From: Macrostomum lignano
Taxonomy: Eukaryota
Direction: 5' to 3'
DNA length: 64,000 bases
NCBI GenBank assembly: GCA_002269645.1
Contig: NIVC01000508.1
Span: forward strand, 184,189-248,188
Part shown: positions 8,962 through 19,629 of the stretch, piece after piece
Position numbering within the stretch: the first letter of the stretch is position 1
Layout of the letters: the number at the start of each line of letters is the position of its first letter
Program-made: the position numbers and the translations under genes
Notes under the pieces: generated by a model
What the model was told of the DNA's origin: nothing
What the model saw: only the letters and a program-made list of their open reading frames with translations
Database searches by the model: none

Positions 8962-10900
8962 GCCATAGACAAGTGCCGGTTGCGAGAGCCGCTGTGTCAG
9001 CTCTACAAGTTGTATTTTAATCATAATAGTACATTAAGAACTTCAGATTTCGGCGTCCTCTTCAGATTTCGGCGTCCTCGGCGTCCTAACGGCGCCCTCT
9101 GATTTTCCCATTAACGCCCTTAAAGCATGGGTATTACTATTATTGTGCCATAGACATTTGTGTCCTTGACAAAGTGGAACAAAATTAGCGTTTGCATTTG
9201 CATACTCTATTTGCATTAGAGTAGGTTTGAAATAGACAATCGGGCGTTAAATGTCAATAATCCATAGAAATAAAGACTTTCCATGACAATATTTGCGTTC
9301 TCCGGGATTTTATTTGGTAATATTCAATAATGTCCCGTAAAGTCTTTATGTCCATGGTTTATACGAGATTACACATGCCTTTTTTGGGAGTTATTTTCAT
9401 AAATCCCTCGGGCCTCAGGCCCTCGTGATTTATACAAATAACTCCCTCAAAAGGCATGTTTAATCTGATACTTAACTGCCCGCTAATTTGAATTAAAGTA
9501 AGTGTGACTCCTGCAAGCGGGCTTAAATGTAGTTTATGGCATTAAAAGTCAAGAATAAGTGCCCAGCGGGCACAAAAGTCATGGTACAATTCGTTTTACG
9601 TAGCTATCATTTGCATAATTAAATGCTCAGTTGTCTCACGATTTCGCGGGCAAGACGGCCTAAGGAATCGTCAGTGTGTTGCCCGCAGATTTTGTCTATG
9701 GCATAAGCGTAAACGTTCGTAACGCAAGAATGTTTTGTATTTTTTTGCGATTAAACTTGAAAAGTACAAAGTGAAACTTATGAACATGGCATTAAAAGTA
9801 CAACCGATATGTCACGTATACATAGCGTGTGCAATGGCTGCATGTGACCAGATGAGTTCCTTTAATACTCCACGTTAGTCTATAGTCCACTAAATGAAGA
9901 AACTAAGTCGGATGCCATCCTTTTCCAGTACAGCGGTAGGCTTGAGGTCGTTTGGGTCGCATGATTGCCTCACGGCTGGGATAGCGTTCGGTCTTTGATT
10001 GATGTTGCTAGCCTCTGAAGTCTCAATGACGACCATACGCTTTGAGGAGGTGGCCTCAGTCTCCGACACAGTTCCGTGCAGAGCACTCGTAAGCGAATTT
10101 GAAATTTGCTGTTTCCTCTTCTCAGAAATCCTTTTCACATAGCGGTCAACTGCAGCATCAGTGCGATGGCCTGGTAAAGTGGGAGGGGGCAAGGTACTGA
10201 ACTGTTATTTAATGGGCGCAGGTGGAACACAAGCACTTAGATGATTAACATAACAGGAGACAAGTTACCTGTAACAGTCTTGATTTCTCTCACACTGTGC
10301 CCAGCTTCTGCCAAGTAGGTTACAACACTGGCACGAACGCAGTGGTTCGTGTACTCCAACTGAAGACCTGCACGCCGCGAGATGTTGTCTCACGATTTCG
10401 CGGGCAAGACGGCCTAAGGAATCGTCAGTGTGTAAGAACTTCTTAAGTCGTTCAATGTGGTTCCGAGTAGTAGCCAATGTCGAAGGCGACTTTGAGGATG
10501 CCTCGGTGTCCTTAATGTTTTGAAGTTCTTTCGCATCCAAGTCTCGTAGCGAACACTCCGGATCAATAGCGGAATTCAGGAATTCTTCGACCTCCTCGTG
10601 GTCCAGGACCGGCAGCCCAGTGAATTGATCTACCGTTGATTCTGCATGCATGGACAGTCGAGATATAAACTGAAGCTCAGAATTAGCCAGGCCACTAATA
10701 TCGCCTGTTGCTATCTTACTGAAATTGATCATGTTGCCGTCAAAATAAGCTATCAGTGCAGCTAATCTCAGCTCTAGTCCGATGCCTCCACGTCTCTCTT
10801 CACTGCAGCTGTATGAACAGGCTTTAGGGGCTTTGGACATAGAAGAATTCTCAGGGCAGCGGGCACACGACATTCCGTGCCCGCTGTTTTAGTCTATGGC
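8962..10900 (-). mobile_element. Crypton-type (tyrosine recombinase) DNA transposon relic, probably nested or compound
   Basis: GCCATAGAC at 8962 and 9147, GTCTATGGC at 9694 and 10892; repeated GCGGGCA/TGCCCGC hairpins; internal YR-coding fragments. Boundaries are inferred. Confidence 0.65.
9890..10873 (-). pseudogene. Internally deleted Crypton tyrosine recombinase gene
   Basis: Minus frame about 10383-10269, spliced over a 98-nt GT-AG intron (10268-10171) to 10170-9890, reads ISRRAGLQLEYTNHCVRASVVTYLAEAGHSVREIKTVTG/HRTDAAVDRYVKRISEKRKQQISNSL. This carries the HxxR, H and Y catalytic motifs of the YR C-terminus. Upstream KELQNIKDTEASSKSPSTLATTRNHIERLKKFL resembles the Crypton N-terminal region. 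Confidence 0.8.
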
Positions 10901-10915
10901 CAATCGTGAAACAAC

Positions 10916-11092
10916 ATAGTTCTGACTATGGATTTTCAGGTAGGAATGAGCGAATCCGAGGGCTGACCAGACCAGACCAGACCAGACCAAGACCAGACCA
11001 GACCAGACCAGACCAGACCAGACCAGACCAGACCAGACCAGACCGCCCTCGGATTCGCTCATTCCTGCCTGAAAATCCATAGTCAGAACTAT
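10916..11092. repeat. 48-bp inverted repeat enclosing a (GACCA)n microsatellite; MITE-like foldback
   Basis: Arms 10916-10963 and 11045-11092 are reverse complements with one mismatch; loop has about 16 GACCA units. Confidence 0.9.
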
Positions 11093-12014
11093 CAGTTGTC
11101 CATGCTTATCTGTGGCTTAAAACTAATTTAGTTAAAGCATTCATGAGTCGGGGTCGTTTGCTGTGTAGTCAGTGAAGTCAATCTCTCTGCCAATGCTCTC
11201 GGGTGGCGGTTTTCAATGTTTCTGAGTGTACTTTTAACCTTTTGCCGATGGTTTAACCTTTTAACTGACACATGTATGCACTCAGTAGTATATAAAGTTT
11301 CCCGAAACCAGTGACAGCTTTCCACAACTCTCCACTCTCTCTTCAGCTGGTGCCTTGTGACGCGTCATTGCATCGTCACCCACAGTTGAGACGGGAACCC
11401 CGGGCGTAGTGTGAATGGTATCAGTTGTGGCTGGAAACTTTAATATGCTGCCGAGTATAACGTCACAAGACAACGATTTTGTAACTGCATTGGGCAATAG
11501 CAACCAACATTGAGGTTGGATGCATCGCAAACAATGAAACTGGAACGTATGTGAGCCGACCCAGAAGCATAGCGAATTCATTAATCAATAATAATCCACT
11601 GTTCTAGTTAGAGTCCAATGCCTGGGCAAACACCATCGACAAATTTCACTCGTTTGTTCACCTTAAGTAAACTTCCTACACTTCTAAAACAAACGGGATT
11701 TTGTGCAATATACGAAAAACAGCAAAGTAAGGTTTATAGTAAAATTTACATACTGATCTTTGACAAGTTGCGTCCTGAGGGGAATGTTAAGATAAGCGCA
11801 GGACAAATGTGAAGCATACGCTCGCACGCGATGCTTATATTCGTAAGTCACGAAGTATTGTTTGCGTTCCTCAAAGAAAAAAATGATGAACTGCATGCTG
11901 TGTTGGCCTCCGTTTGGATAGTCCACAAGGGTTGATACCTTCCAATCTGCAGACTTCAAGCCCTGGTAGCTGTTCGCTCTCGGGGTTCTATAAGTTGGTT
12001 AAGGTGCCACAAAT

Positions 12015-12330
12015 GGAAGGGGTTGTAGCCTAGTGGTCAGAGCGTCGTACTCACGACTGAAAGGTTGGGGGTTCGATTTTCGACCCACTCGGAATAATTT
12101 GTGTCCTTGAGCAAGACACTTAACTCTGCATTGCTCCCGTTCACCCAGCTGTAAAATGGGTACAAGCATCAGCTGGAGGTGTGTGGCGATCCCCCCCCCC
12201 CCAGTCCTTGGACTGAGCAGCCGTACGCAGCCTTCAGATGCGCCGCGCAATAGCTGCGGCTGAGCTGTTGGTTGCACATCTGGCCCATTTGTACAAGTGT
12301 AATCCACTATATATTAAACATTACTATATT
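12015..12330 (+). mobile_element. tRNA-derived SINE
   Basis: Pol III A box (TAGCCTAGTGGTCAGAGCG) and B box (GGTTCGATT); central GTGTCCTTGAGCAAGACACTTAAC...CACCCAGCTGTAAAATGGGTA typical of conserved SINE cores; short ACTATATT-type tail. Confidence 0.8.
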
Positions 12331-12702
12331 AAGATGGCACGCTAGACGAAATAAAAAGACGATAGGTAGATCCGCAGTGCGTGCCAGTTTAAAGTTCTCC
12401 ATGTTTTACAAGTCTCGGACGGGAATACCGAGTCCCGACTGATAGTGAGTTCCGACACTGAACACAAAAATGTGTTGTCGATAGGTTATTTAAAAGAAGA
12501 CTTTTTAGGCAGTCTACAAGCTTCTAAAGTTACAGTCCATGCTGGCGGGAAAGATAAGTAAAATCGTTATCGAGCTGAAGGTTCAAGATTTCAATTAAGA
12601 TCCCTTTCGATACAAGTAAACTTCAATCCACGTCCCGTCCAGAGAGATTTTGTCCCGTCCGAGCACGAGGTCTCCAACAGGTTCGTTTGGGTTAATTGCG
12701 TC

Positions 12703-13656
12703 TCAATTTGGAGTACTCCTGGCCACTGAGCAGGTGATGAAGCTGCGAAACTCCGGCATGAACGCGAGGTAAACCAGAGGGTTGATGGCGCTGTTCAGGT
12801 TCAGCAGGAACGAGTCCAAACTGTCGATGAAGCCGTTTTTCTCAACAGGAAACCCGATGCACAGCAGGAAGTAGTTCACCGAGTCCATGCCGAACAGCAG
12901 GACGAAAGCGGCGCTCGTCACTCCCGTCATCAGCGTCAGTCTCCGAGTTCCGCCATCGCTCAGCTTCTTGGCGTCGGACGGCGGGGCAGCTACAGACGAG
13001 GCGGCTCTCAGCGCGGACGACTGACGAAGGACGCGCACAATGAGCAGGTAGAGAACCACCGACAGTACTGACGGCAGCGCCCAGAACAGGAACACGTAGG
13101 CGATGCCGAATGCCTTCAGCATCATCGGGTCGTGCTGTGAGTAGATCACCTCGCACGACTTCTCAACGGTGGTTCCGTTCTCAATCGGGGTCTTGTCGAA
13201 TGACGTCACAATCCAGCAGAACGGAAACTCAACGAATGAAGGCGAGGCGAGCACAAGAACGATGAAGGCCCAAAGCAGCTGCGACTTGCGCCGTCGGTAC
13301 CAGAACGGAGCGCACAGACAGCAGCACCGCTCGATGGAGATGCACACGAGGTTGTAGACGCTCATGCTGACCAGGGAAAAGTGCAAAGCCTGACTCCTGA
13401 TGAGCTTGCAGTAGAGCAGCCACAGCCAGTCTGGGAGGCTCTGCGACGGCGGCGGCAGCAGCGGAAAGTACTGGATAGCAACCAGATTGACCAGCATCAG
13501 GGAGCAGTCAATGACAGTCTGACTGCGCAACAGCAGAGTGCACAGTCTGGTGCCGATCTTGGTGCGAAAGCTGAACGCGAGGAACAGCGCGTCGAAGAGC
13601 AGCGCCAACGACAGCGCCGCCGTCAGCGCGATGCGAAACGCATCTTTTAGCTGCAT
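12703..13656 (-). CDS. Intronless orphan class A GPCR, paralog 3, 317 aa
   Basis: Differs from 3961-4905 by about 5 internal residues plus the termini; ORF intact. Confidence 0.9.
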   Translation of the reverse strand: MQLKDAFRIALTAALSLALLFDALFLAFSFRTKIGTRLCTLLLRSQTVIDCSLMLVNLVAIQYFPLLPPPSQSLPDWLWLLYCKLIRSQALHFSLVSMSVYNLVCISIERCCCLCAPFWYRRRKSQLLWAFIVLVLASPSFVEFPFCWIVTSFDKTPIENGTTVEKSCEVIYSQHDPMMLKAFGIAYVFLFWALPSVLSVVLYLLIVRVLRQSSALRAASSVAAPPSDAKKLSDGGTRRLTLMTGVTSAAFVLLFGMDSVNYFLLCIGFPVEKNGFIDSLDSFLLNLNSAINPLVYLAFMPEFRSFITCSVARSTPN

Positions 13657-15689
13657 TTTGCAATATTGGTTGGCAAAATGGCCTGCTTCAATTGAATTGT
13701 TGGGTTGTCGGCCAGCGCATCATTGTCTATATATATAAACATGTTTCTGCCGACGGTTTCCTATTGGTTGAGAGACAATTCTCAGAAGCAAGCCGTTGTT
13801 TGCTATTGAGGATATAACAATACAATAAATTTGGAAATGACAAATAAAAGGCAGAGACCCATAGGCGACAATAGGGTTTAAACAGGTTTGAAGTGCCTAA
13901 CCAACAAACAGCAGCACACGAGTACGTCACCAACCCCTTCAATCAGTGTCTGGAGTGCATTTTATTTGCACAGATTCAGCAGTGCAAATATGACCCCCAA
14001 ACTGAGGAAGCACTTTCTGGCACTTAAAACCTATTTTTCACTGTTTAAGAAATTCAAATTTGAGAAATCTTTCGCAGGATCTATCTGAACTGCATTTCAT
14101 AGTCTAAATTTAGCAACATTGAAAAGTGGCCACCCTTTGCCCCAGTGAGCAGTGTGTTTTTCGACCAGCGTCTACCACCTGGCCAACCATTTTGACATAA
14201 AAAATGCTTGAAAAAACAATGAAACTTCAATCCATCCAATACTTGCCCTCCGCTCTTCCCAATCCCTCCTCACCCAGCCCAACTCTGAGTCGCGTGGCGC
14301 GAGTTGCGTCACTCAAAAGTCAATACTGAGCTGGAGTTTACTGCGCACTCTCCAAGGTGGCGACTTTTTAACGTTGTTGAGTATGTTGTCGTAGTTTTCA
14401 ATTAAAACTGTTTAAAAAAATGGATAGTAGTTTGATTTAGTTGATATTTGGCATAGAACTCTTCGATCTGATTTATTCTGTTAAAGCTTGTATTTTCATT
14501 TCATTTTGTTTCGCAAATCTACATGGATATGTCAATTGGACCATGGACTGTACACCCTGTGTGATATGTATGGCTACCGACTTTCACCTTGATTAGCTAG
14601 AGTGGCCCGAAGCCTACCTGAGCAAACTACTAACCACTACAACAAATTATTGAGGATGTTGTCACAGTAATCAGCGTAATTATTTAGCCACAGGGCAAAT
14701 GATAATACACACGAGTCAACTGCACAATGATCGCATAATCCCCATATGCAGCAAGGTCACCGCTAGGTCATCATAAATTATAATTTCATCTGTTATGCAA
14801 TTATTTAGAAAGGCCACGCCTGTTTCGCACCACAGTGGCCAGCGGGATGATTTGGGAAGAGTTTCTGATGACTTAGAATATAATATTTTTGTATGATAAT
14901 AATTCATACAATCCAATTAACTAATCATTATACAATATATTATTAATTTGAGTTATCTGCATAAACAATAAGCTGTATATATACACTACTAACTGATAAA
15001 ATAGCAACGAGTAGTATATACATACTTTCGAAGACTGCAAAGTGTGTCAACTTTTTAAATAAAAATGGCTCGTTTGGAATGGCTGTCATATATGTAATGA
15101 ATAACAACTATATTATAGTAATAGTAATAACACAGCAGTAACTTATATTACAGGCAACTTCGAATTAAAGGAATGGTTAATAAATCACTGAAGACTTAGG
15201 ATAACCTGGAAAATGGTGCAAAAAAACAAAAAAAAACAAAAAAGCAAGCAAATTAATAGCCAAGTGTCAAGAGAAATGTGAGCAAAGTAAAGTAAATTGT
15301 TAGAAACAATGTTAGAAATGTTATTCCAAAATGATGAATCAATTTAATATCACAAAAAATTTACTACACGGAAAAGACAGCAACTTTACAAATAATTTGA
15401 CTTGTAGTTTAATGTATCTTGATATGAAATTATTGACTAAAATAGATATGCAGCTATATATTGTTCTACTATTCTGTGTTCAGTAGTATATAGCGGTATT
15501 TAAAAAGTTTCAGGCCGTATATTTTATGCTTGTGTAAATCTGACCAGGTTTTGCGGACACAGGAGCAGTAAATTGTCGTAATTAATTAAAGAAATTTAAC
15601 AACGAATAAGCTACTGTCGATACATATCGGCAGTAAAATTATTCCTAGGAAAACTAAACTATCAGTTCTAAAGCTACACTTAAGGCTTA

Positions 15690-16200
15690 TATCGGCAGTT
15701 AAATCAGTACGACCAACTAACAAAGCTTCTTTCGATACATATCGGCTGTTAAATCAGTTCAATTAACTCAAAAAGCTTATTTCGATACATATCGGCAGTT
15801 AAATCAGTTCGATTAACTAACAAAAGCATCTTTCGATACATATCGGCAGTTAAATCAGTTCGATTAACTAACAAAAGCATCTTTCGATACATATCGGCTG
15901 TTAAATCAGTTCGATTAAGTAACAAAAGCATCTTTCGATACATATCAGCAGTTAAATCAGTTCGATTAACTAACAAAAGCATCTTTCGATACATATCGGC
16001 TGTTAAATCAGTTCGATTAACTAACAAAAGCATCTTTCGATACATATCGGCTGTTAAATCAGTTCGATTAACAAACAAAAATTCTTTCGATACATATCGG
16101 CTGTTAAATCAGTCTGATTAACTAACAAAACTTCTTTCGATACATATTGAAAGTTAAATCAGTACGACGAACTAACAACTTCTTTCGATACATATCGGCA
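15690..16200. repeat. 51-bp minisatellite, about 10 copies
   Basis: Unit GTTAAATCAGTTCGATTAACTAACAAAAGCATCTTTCGATACATATCGGC(A/T); decayed copies flank it. Confidence 0.95.
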
Positions 16201-16370
16201 GCAAGAAAACCAGTTAATCGTAAAGAACCACAGAAAATTTAAACACACCGTTAAGGTGAGAGCTGCAGTTAAGTTTTGGAAAGACCCATACAAATCAGCA
16301 GCTACTTAAAGTGCATTGTAACTTATTTTCGATACATATCGGAAGTGTGTTTCAAAAACAAGAAAAACTG

Positions 16371-19300
16371 CTACGCCCTACGCCAGACAATTACCAGTCC
16401 ATCAGCATCTGCGCTAGCTAGCAAAGATTCATCATAATTGAAGGCCACATCAGTGACGCCGGTGGCGTGACCCTGCAGCTTATTCACTATAGGCCTAATC
16501 GGCCGTCCAACGTCGCAGATATAGACGCAGGCGTCGTCGGATGCGCACACGATGCAGGCGCCCTGACGAAACGACATCAACGGACAGAAGGCGGCTCTTG
16601 TCGGCTTGGGAACAGGCAGTCGGCAGCGCAATACGGGTAGGCTTGGCTGATTGCGGGCCGAGTCGGCTGTAGAGTTTCTATGATCGCTTGATGGCTGATC
16701 GACTTCTAATCGGTAGAGCAAGATCTCGGAGCCGGATGTGCACACCAGTAGGCAGGGATCGCGGGCTTCGCGAGAGAGCCAACTGCGAGCCTGCGGGGAT
16801 TATATGCGATCTATGAATTGGGGTTAGTGATCCCCGATTTGGGATTAGTGATCTCCTGAATTGGGATTGGTGATCCATGGATTGAGATTAGTGATCCCTG
16901 GATTGGGATTTGTGATCTCCTGAATTGGGATTGGTGATCCATGGATTGGGATTAGTCATCCCTGGATTGGGATTTGTGATCTCCTGAATTGGAATTGGTG
17001 ATCCATGGATTGGGATTAGTGATCCATGGATTGGGATTGGTGATCTCCTGAATTGGGATTGGTGATCCATGGATTGGGATTAGTGATCCATGGATTGGGA
17101 TTTGTGATCTCCTGAATTGGGATTGGTGATCCATGGATTGGGATTAGTCATTCCTGGATTGGGATTTGTGATCTCCTGAATTGGGATTGGTGATCCATGG
17201 ATTGGGATTTGTGATATTCTAATTGGGATTTGTGATTCCCTGAATTGGGATTTGTGATCTCCTGAATTGGGATTTGTGATTCCACTGAGAGTTAGGATTT
17301 TAGTACCATAATAAATTCGGCTCGTAAGTCTGAACTGAAATTAAAACCTACAACATTGGGAGTCTTAGCTGCGAGAAACTTGAGGGCCCCAAATGAGGCC
17401 AGATTTTAGGCTCATTAAGGTTTATCTGAGGTCAGGCCTGGGGTAATTTGTGGTCAGATTTGGGGTCATTTGAGGTCAAGCTTGGGGTAATTTGAGGTCA
17501 AGATTGGGGTAATTTGAGGTCAAGCTTGGGGTAATTTGAGGTCAAGCTTTAACTCATTAGAGGTCAAGTTTTGTTTTATCTGAGGTCAAGCTTGGGATCA
17601 ATTGAGGTCAGGCTTGGGGTCATTTGAGGTCAGGCATGTGAGGTCAGATAAACGCAATGGAGGTTAAGAGCTCACCTGCAACGAAGCGATAGCAGGCTGT
17701 AAAGTCAATCCGCTGTTAGGAGAGCCACCATCGCCGCCGAAGCAGCAGGAGTAGGCGGCGATGCGAGTCAACTGGCCGCTGGCCTGGTCGAGACGGCAGC
17801 GCTGCAGGCAGCCGTTTGAGTCGCCGAGCCACAACTGGCCGCCAGGATCGGAGACAGACTCGCAGCCGAATGCCAGGCAGGTGACGGGGGCGGAGAGACG
17901 CAGAGAGGATTGACAGAGTCCGGTGCTCAGGTTGACGCTGCGGAGTTGGCCTGCGAATTGGGGTTGAGTTGTACGCAATTGGAAGTAAAAGTAAATACTG
18001 CCTGCTCCAGAACTTTCCAAATTCTGAAATCCCATTCTTGAATTCTAAAATCCCATTTCTTAAATTATGAAATCCCATTTCTTAAATTCTAAAATCCCAT
18101 TTCTTAAATTATGAAATCCCATTTCTTAAATTCTAAAATCCCATTTCTTAAATTCTGAAATACCATTCCCTAAATTCTGAAATACCATTCCCTAAATTCT
18201 GAAATACCATTCCTTAAATTCTGAAACCCCATTCCCTAAATTCTGAAATCCCATTCCCTAAATTCTGAAATCCAATTTCTTAAATTCTGAAATCCCATTT
18301 CTTGAATTCTGAAATCCGATTTCTTAACTTCTGAAATCCCATTTCTTAAATTATGAAATCCCATTTCTTGAATTCTGATATACCATTCCCTAAATTCTGA
18401 AATACCATTCCCTAAATTCTGAAATCCCATTCCCTAAATTCTGCAATCCAATTTCTTAAATTCTGAAATCCCATTTCTTGAACTTTCAAAATCCAATTTC
18501 TTGAACTCTCAAATCTCATTTCTTAAACTCCGAAATCCCATTTGTTTAATTCCAAAATTCCATTTCCTTAATTCTATTCTAAATTCAATTTCTTAAATTC
18601 TGAAATCCCGTTTCTCAAATCCTGAAATCCTATTTCTCAAATTCTGAAATCCTATTTCTTGCATTCTGAAATCCTATTTCTCAAATTCTGAAATCGCATT
18701 TCCTTAATTCCGGAATCCCATTTTTCAAATCCTGAAATACAATTTTCTAAATAATTAACTTTTTCCCCAAATTCAGGGCGGGTGCCGGCCCTAAACAACT
18801 GCAACAGCGCACGCACCTTTCGCATGGCTAGAGCAGCAGCCGCCAAGCACAAACAGATTATTATTAGACGGGGCAAATTCGGCAGCATAGATAGCTGGCA
18901 GTTTCTCCGCAACACCATCGCCCTCAGCAACCGGGAATTGGCGGAGCAATCGCTTGGACTTTAATTCGTCTTCATTCTCGCCGATAAGATTTTTATCGTC
19001 GCCAATTTGCCAGACTCGCGCTGCGCCGTCCAGAGAAGCGGTCAACAGCAGACAGTTGTCGGTGCTCCAGGCTAGACTAGCAATGGGTCCGACGTGTCCA
19101 GGCAGCTGACAGACCAGCTGACAGGCACCCGCGGACACCAGCGATACGGACACGGAGCCATCCATCGAGCCGACTGCCAGCCTCTCCGAATCGTTGTTAG
19201 CAAACCGCAGCCTGGTAGCGCCTCTACAGGTAGCAGACGATTTCAAATTGCTGCCAACGTGCCGATCGATGACGCAAGCGAAGCCGGCAAAGGCGTACTG

Positions 19301-19453
19301 CTCAACCGTGCTGGTGTTGCCGGCCAGTGCTCGGCTGGCTTCGGCCAGTCTAGTTGGCACCAGACCGGCGCCTGCGGCGTCCACTAGGCGCCGACGCGAA
19401 GCGCTAGACGCTGCGCCGCCCAACGGGGCGCCGTCGGCTAAATCGGCGTCCAT
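16371..19453 (-). CDS. WDR13: WD repeat-containing protein 13; 5' end possibly incomplete
   Basis: Exons 19453 (acceptor at 19461)-18817, 17950-17676 and 16790-16371, phases 1 and 0 consistent. AEASRALAG..YAFAG, ARSWLSREARDP, FCPLMSFRQGAC and VNKLQGH..DVAFNYDESLLASAD..VIVWRR match the WDR13 signatures I recall. Confidence 0.9.
16820..17300. repeat. 21/22-bp compound minisatellite in last WDR13 intron
   Basis: Alternating GATTGGGATT(A/T)GTGATCCATG and GAATTGGGATT(G/T)GTGATCTCCT units. Confidence 0.93.
17420..17640. repeat. 22-bp minisatellite
   Basis: Unit TTGAGGTCAAGCTTGGGGT(A/C)AT; decayed relatives at about 19500-19550 and 20580-20930. Confidence 0.88.
18020..18740. repeat. 22-bp minisatellite filling a WDR13 intron
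   Basis: Unit AAATCCCATTTCTTAAATTCTG, about 32 copies with variants. Confidence 0.93.
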
Positions 19454-19629
19454 TGTTGGTCTATGGCCGGGAGAGTTAGTGGATGATCAGTTATAGTCAT
19501 TCAGATCATAATTGAGGTGAGTCTTTAGGTCATTTAAGGTCGGAGCAAGGCTTAAGGGCCACCTGACGTCTTGATGTTATTTGTTTTAGGGTGTTTGTGG
19601 CTAGGCTCTTGCACTCTAACAGTGCAGAA

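Noticed and set aside
10265-10873. 202-aa ORF as an independent gene
   Set aside because: Chimeric: a Crypton N-terminal-like segment, then the 50-bp filler, then an off-frame reading of the YR catalytic exon. Its ATG lies in the terminal hairpin.
11128-11959. Several 60-100 aa ORFs between the hairpin and the SINE
   Set aside because: No recognisable domain and no phase-consistent exon chain.
12018-12090. Possible tRNA gene
   Set aside because: A and B boxes are present, but I could not fold a convincing cloverleaf and it continues into a SINE body and tail.
15749-16078. 109-aa ORF with 17-aa repeats
   Set aside because: In-frame reading of the 51-bp minisatellite; no other coding evidence.
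17420-17640. AGGTCA/GGGTCA half-sites in DR4/DR6 spacing (nuclear receptor elements)
   Set aside because: A by-product of one 22-bp unit; many copies carry GGGTAA; no independent support.
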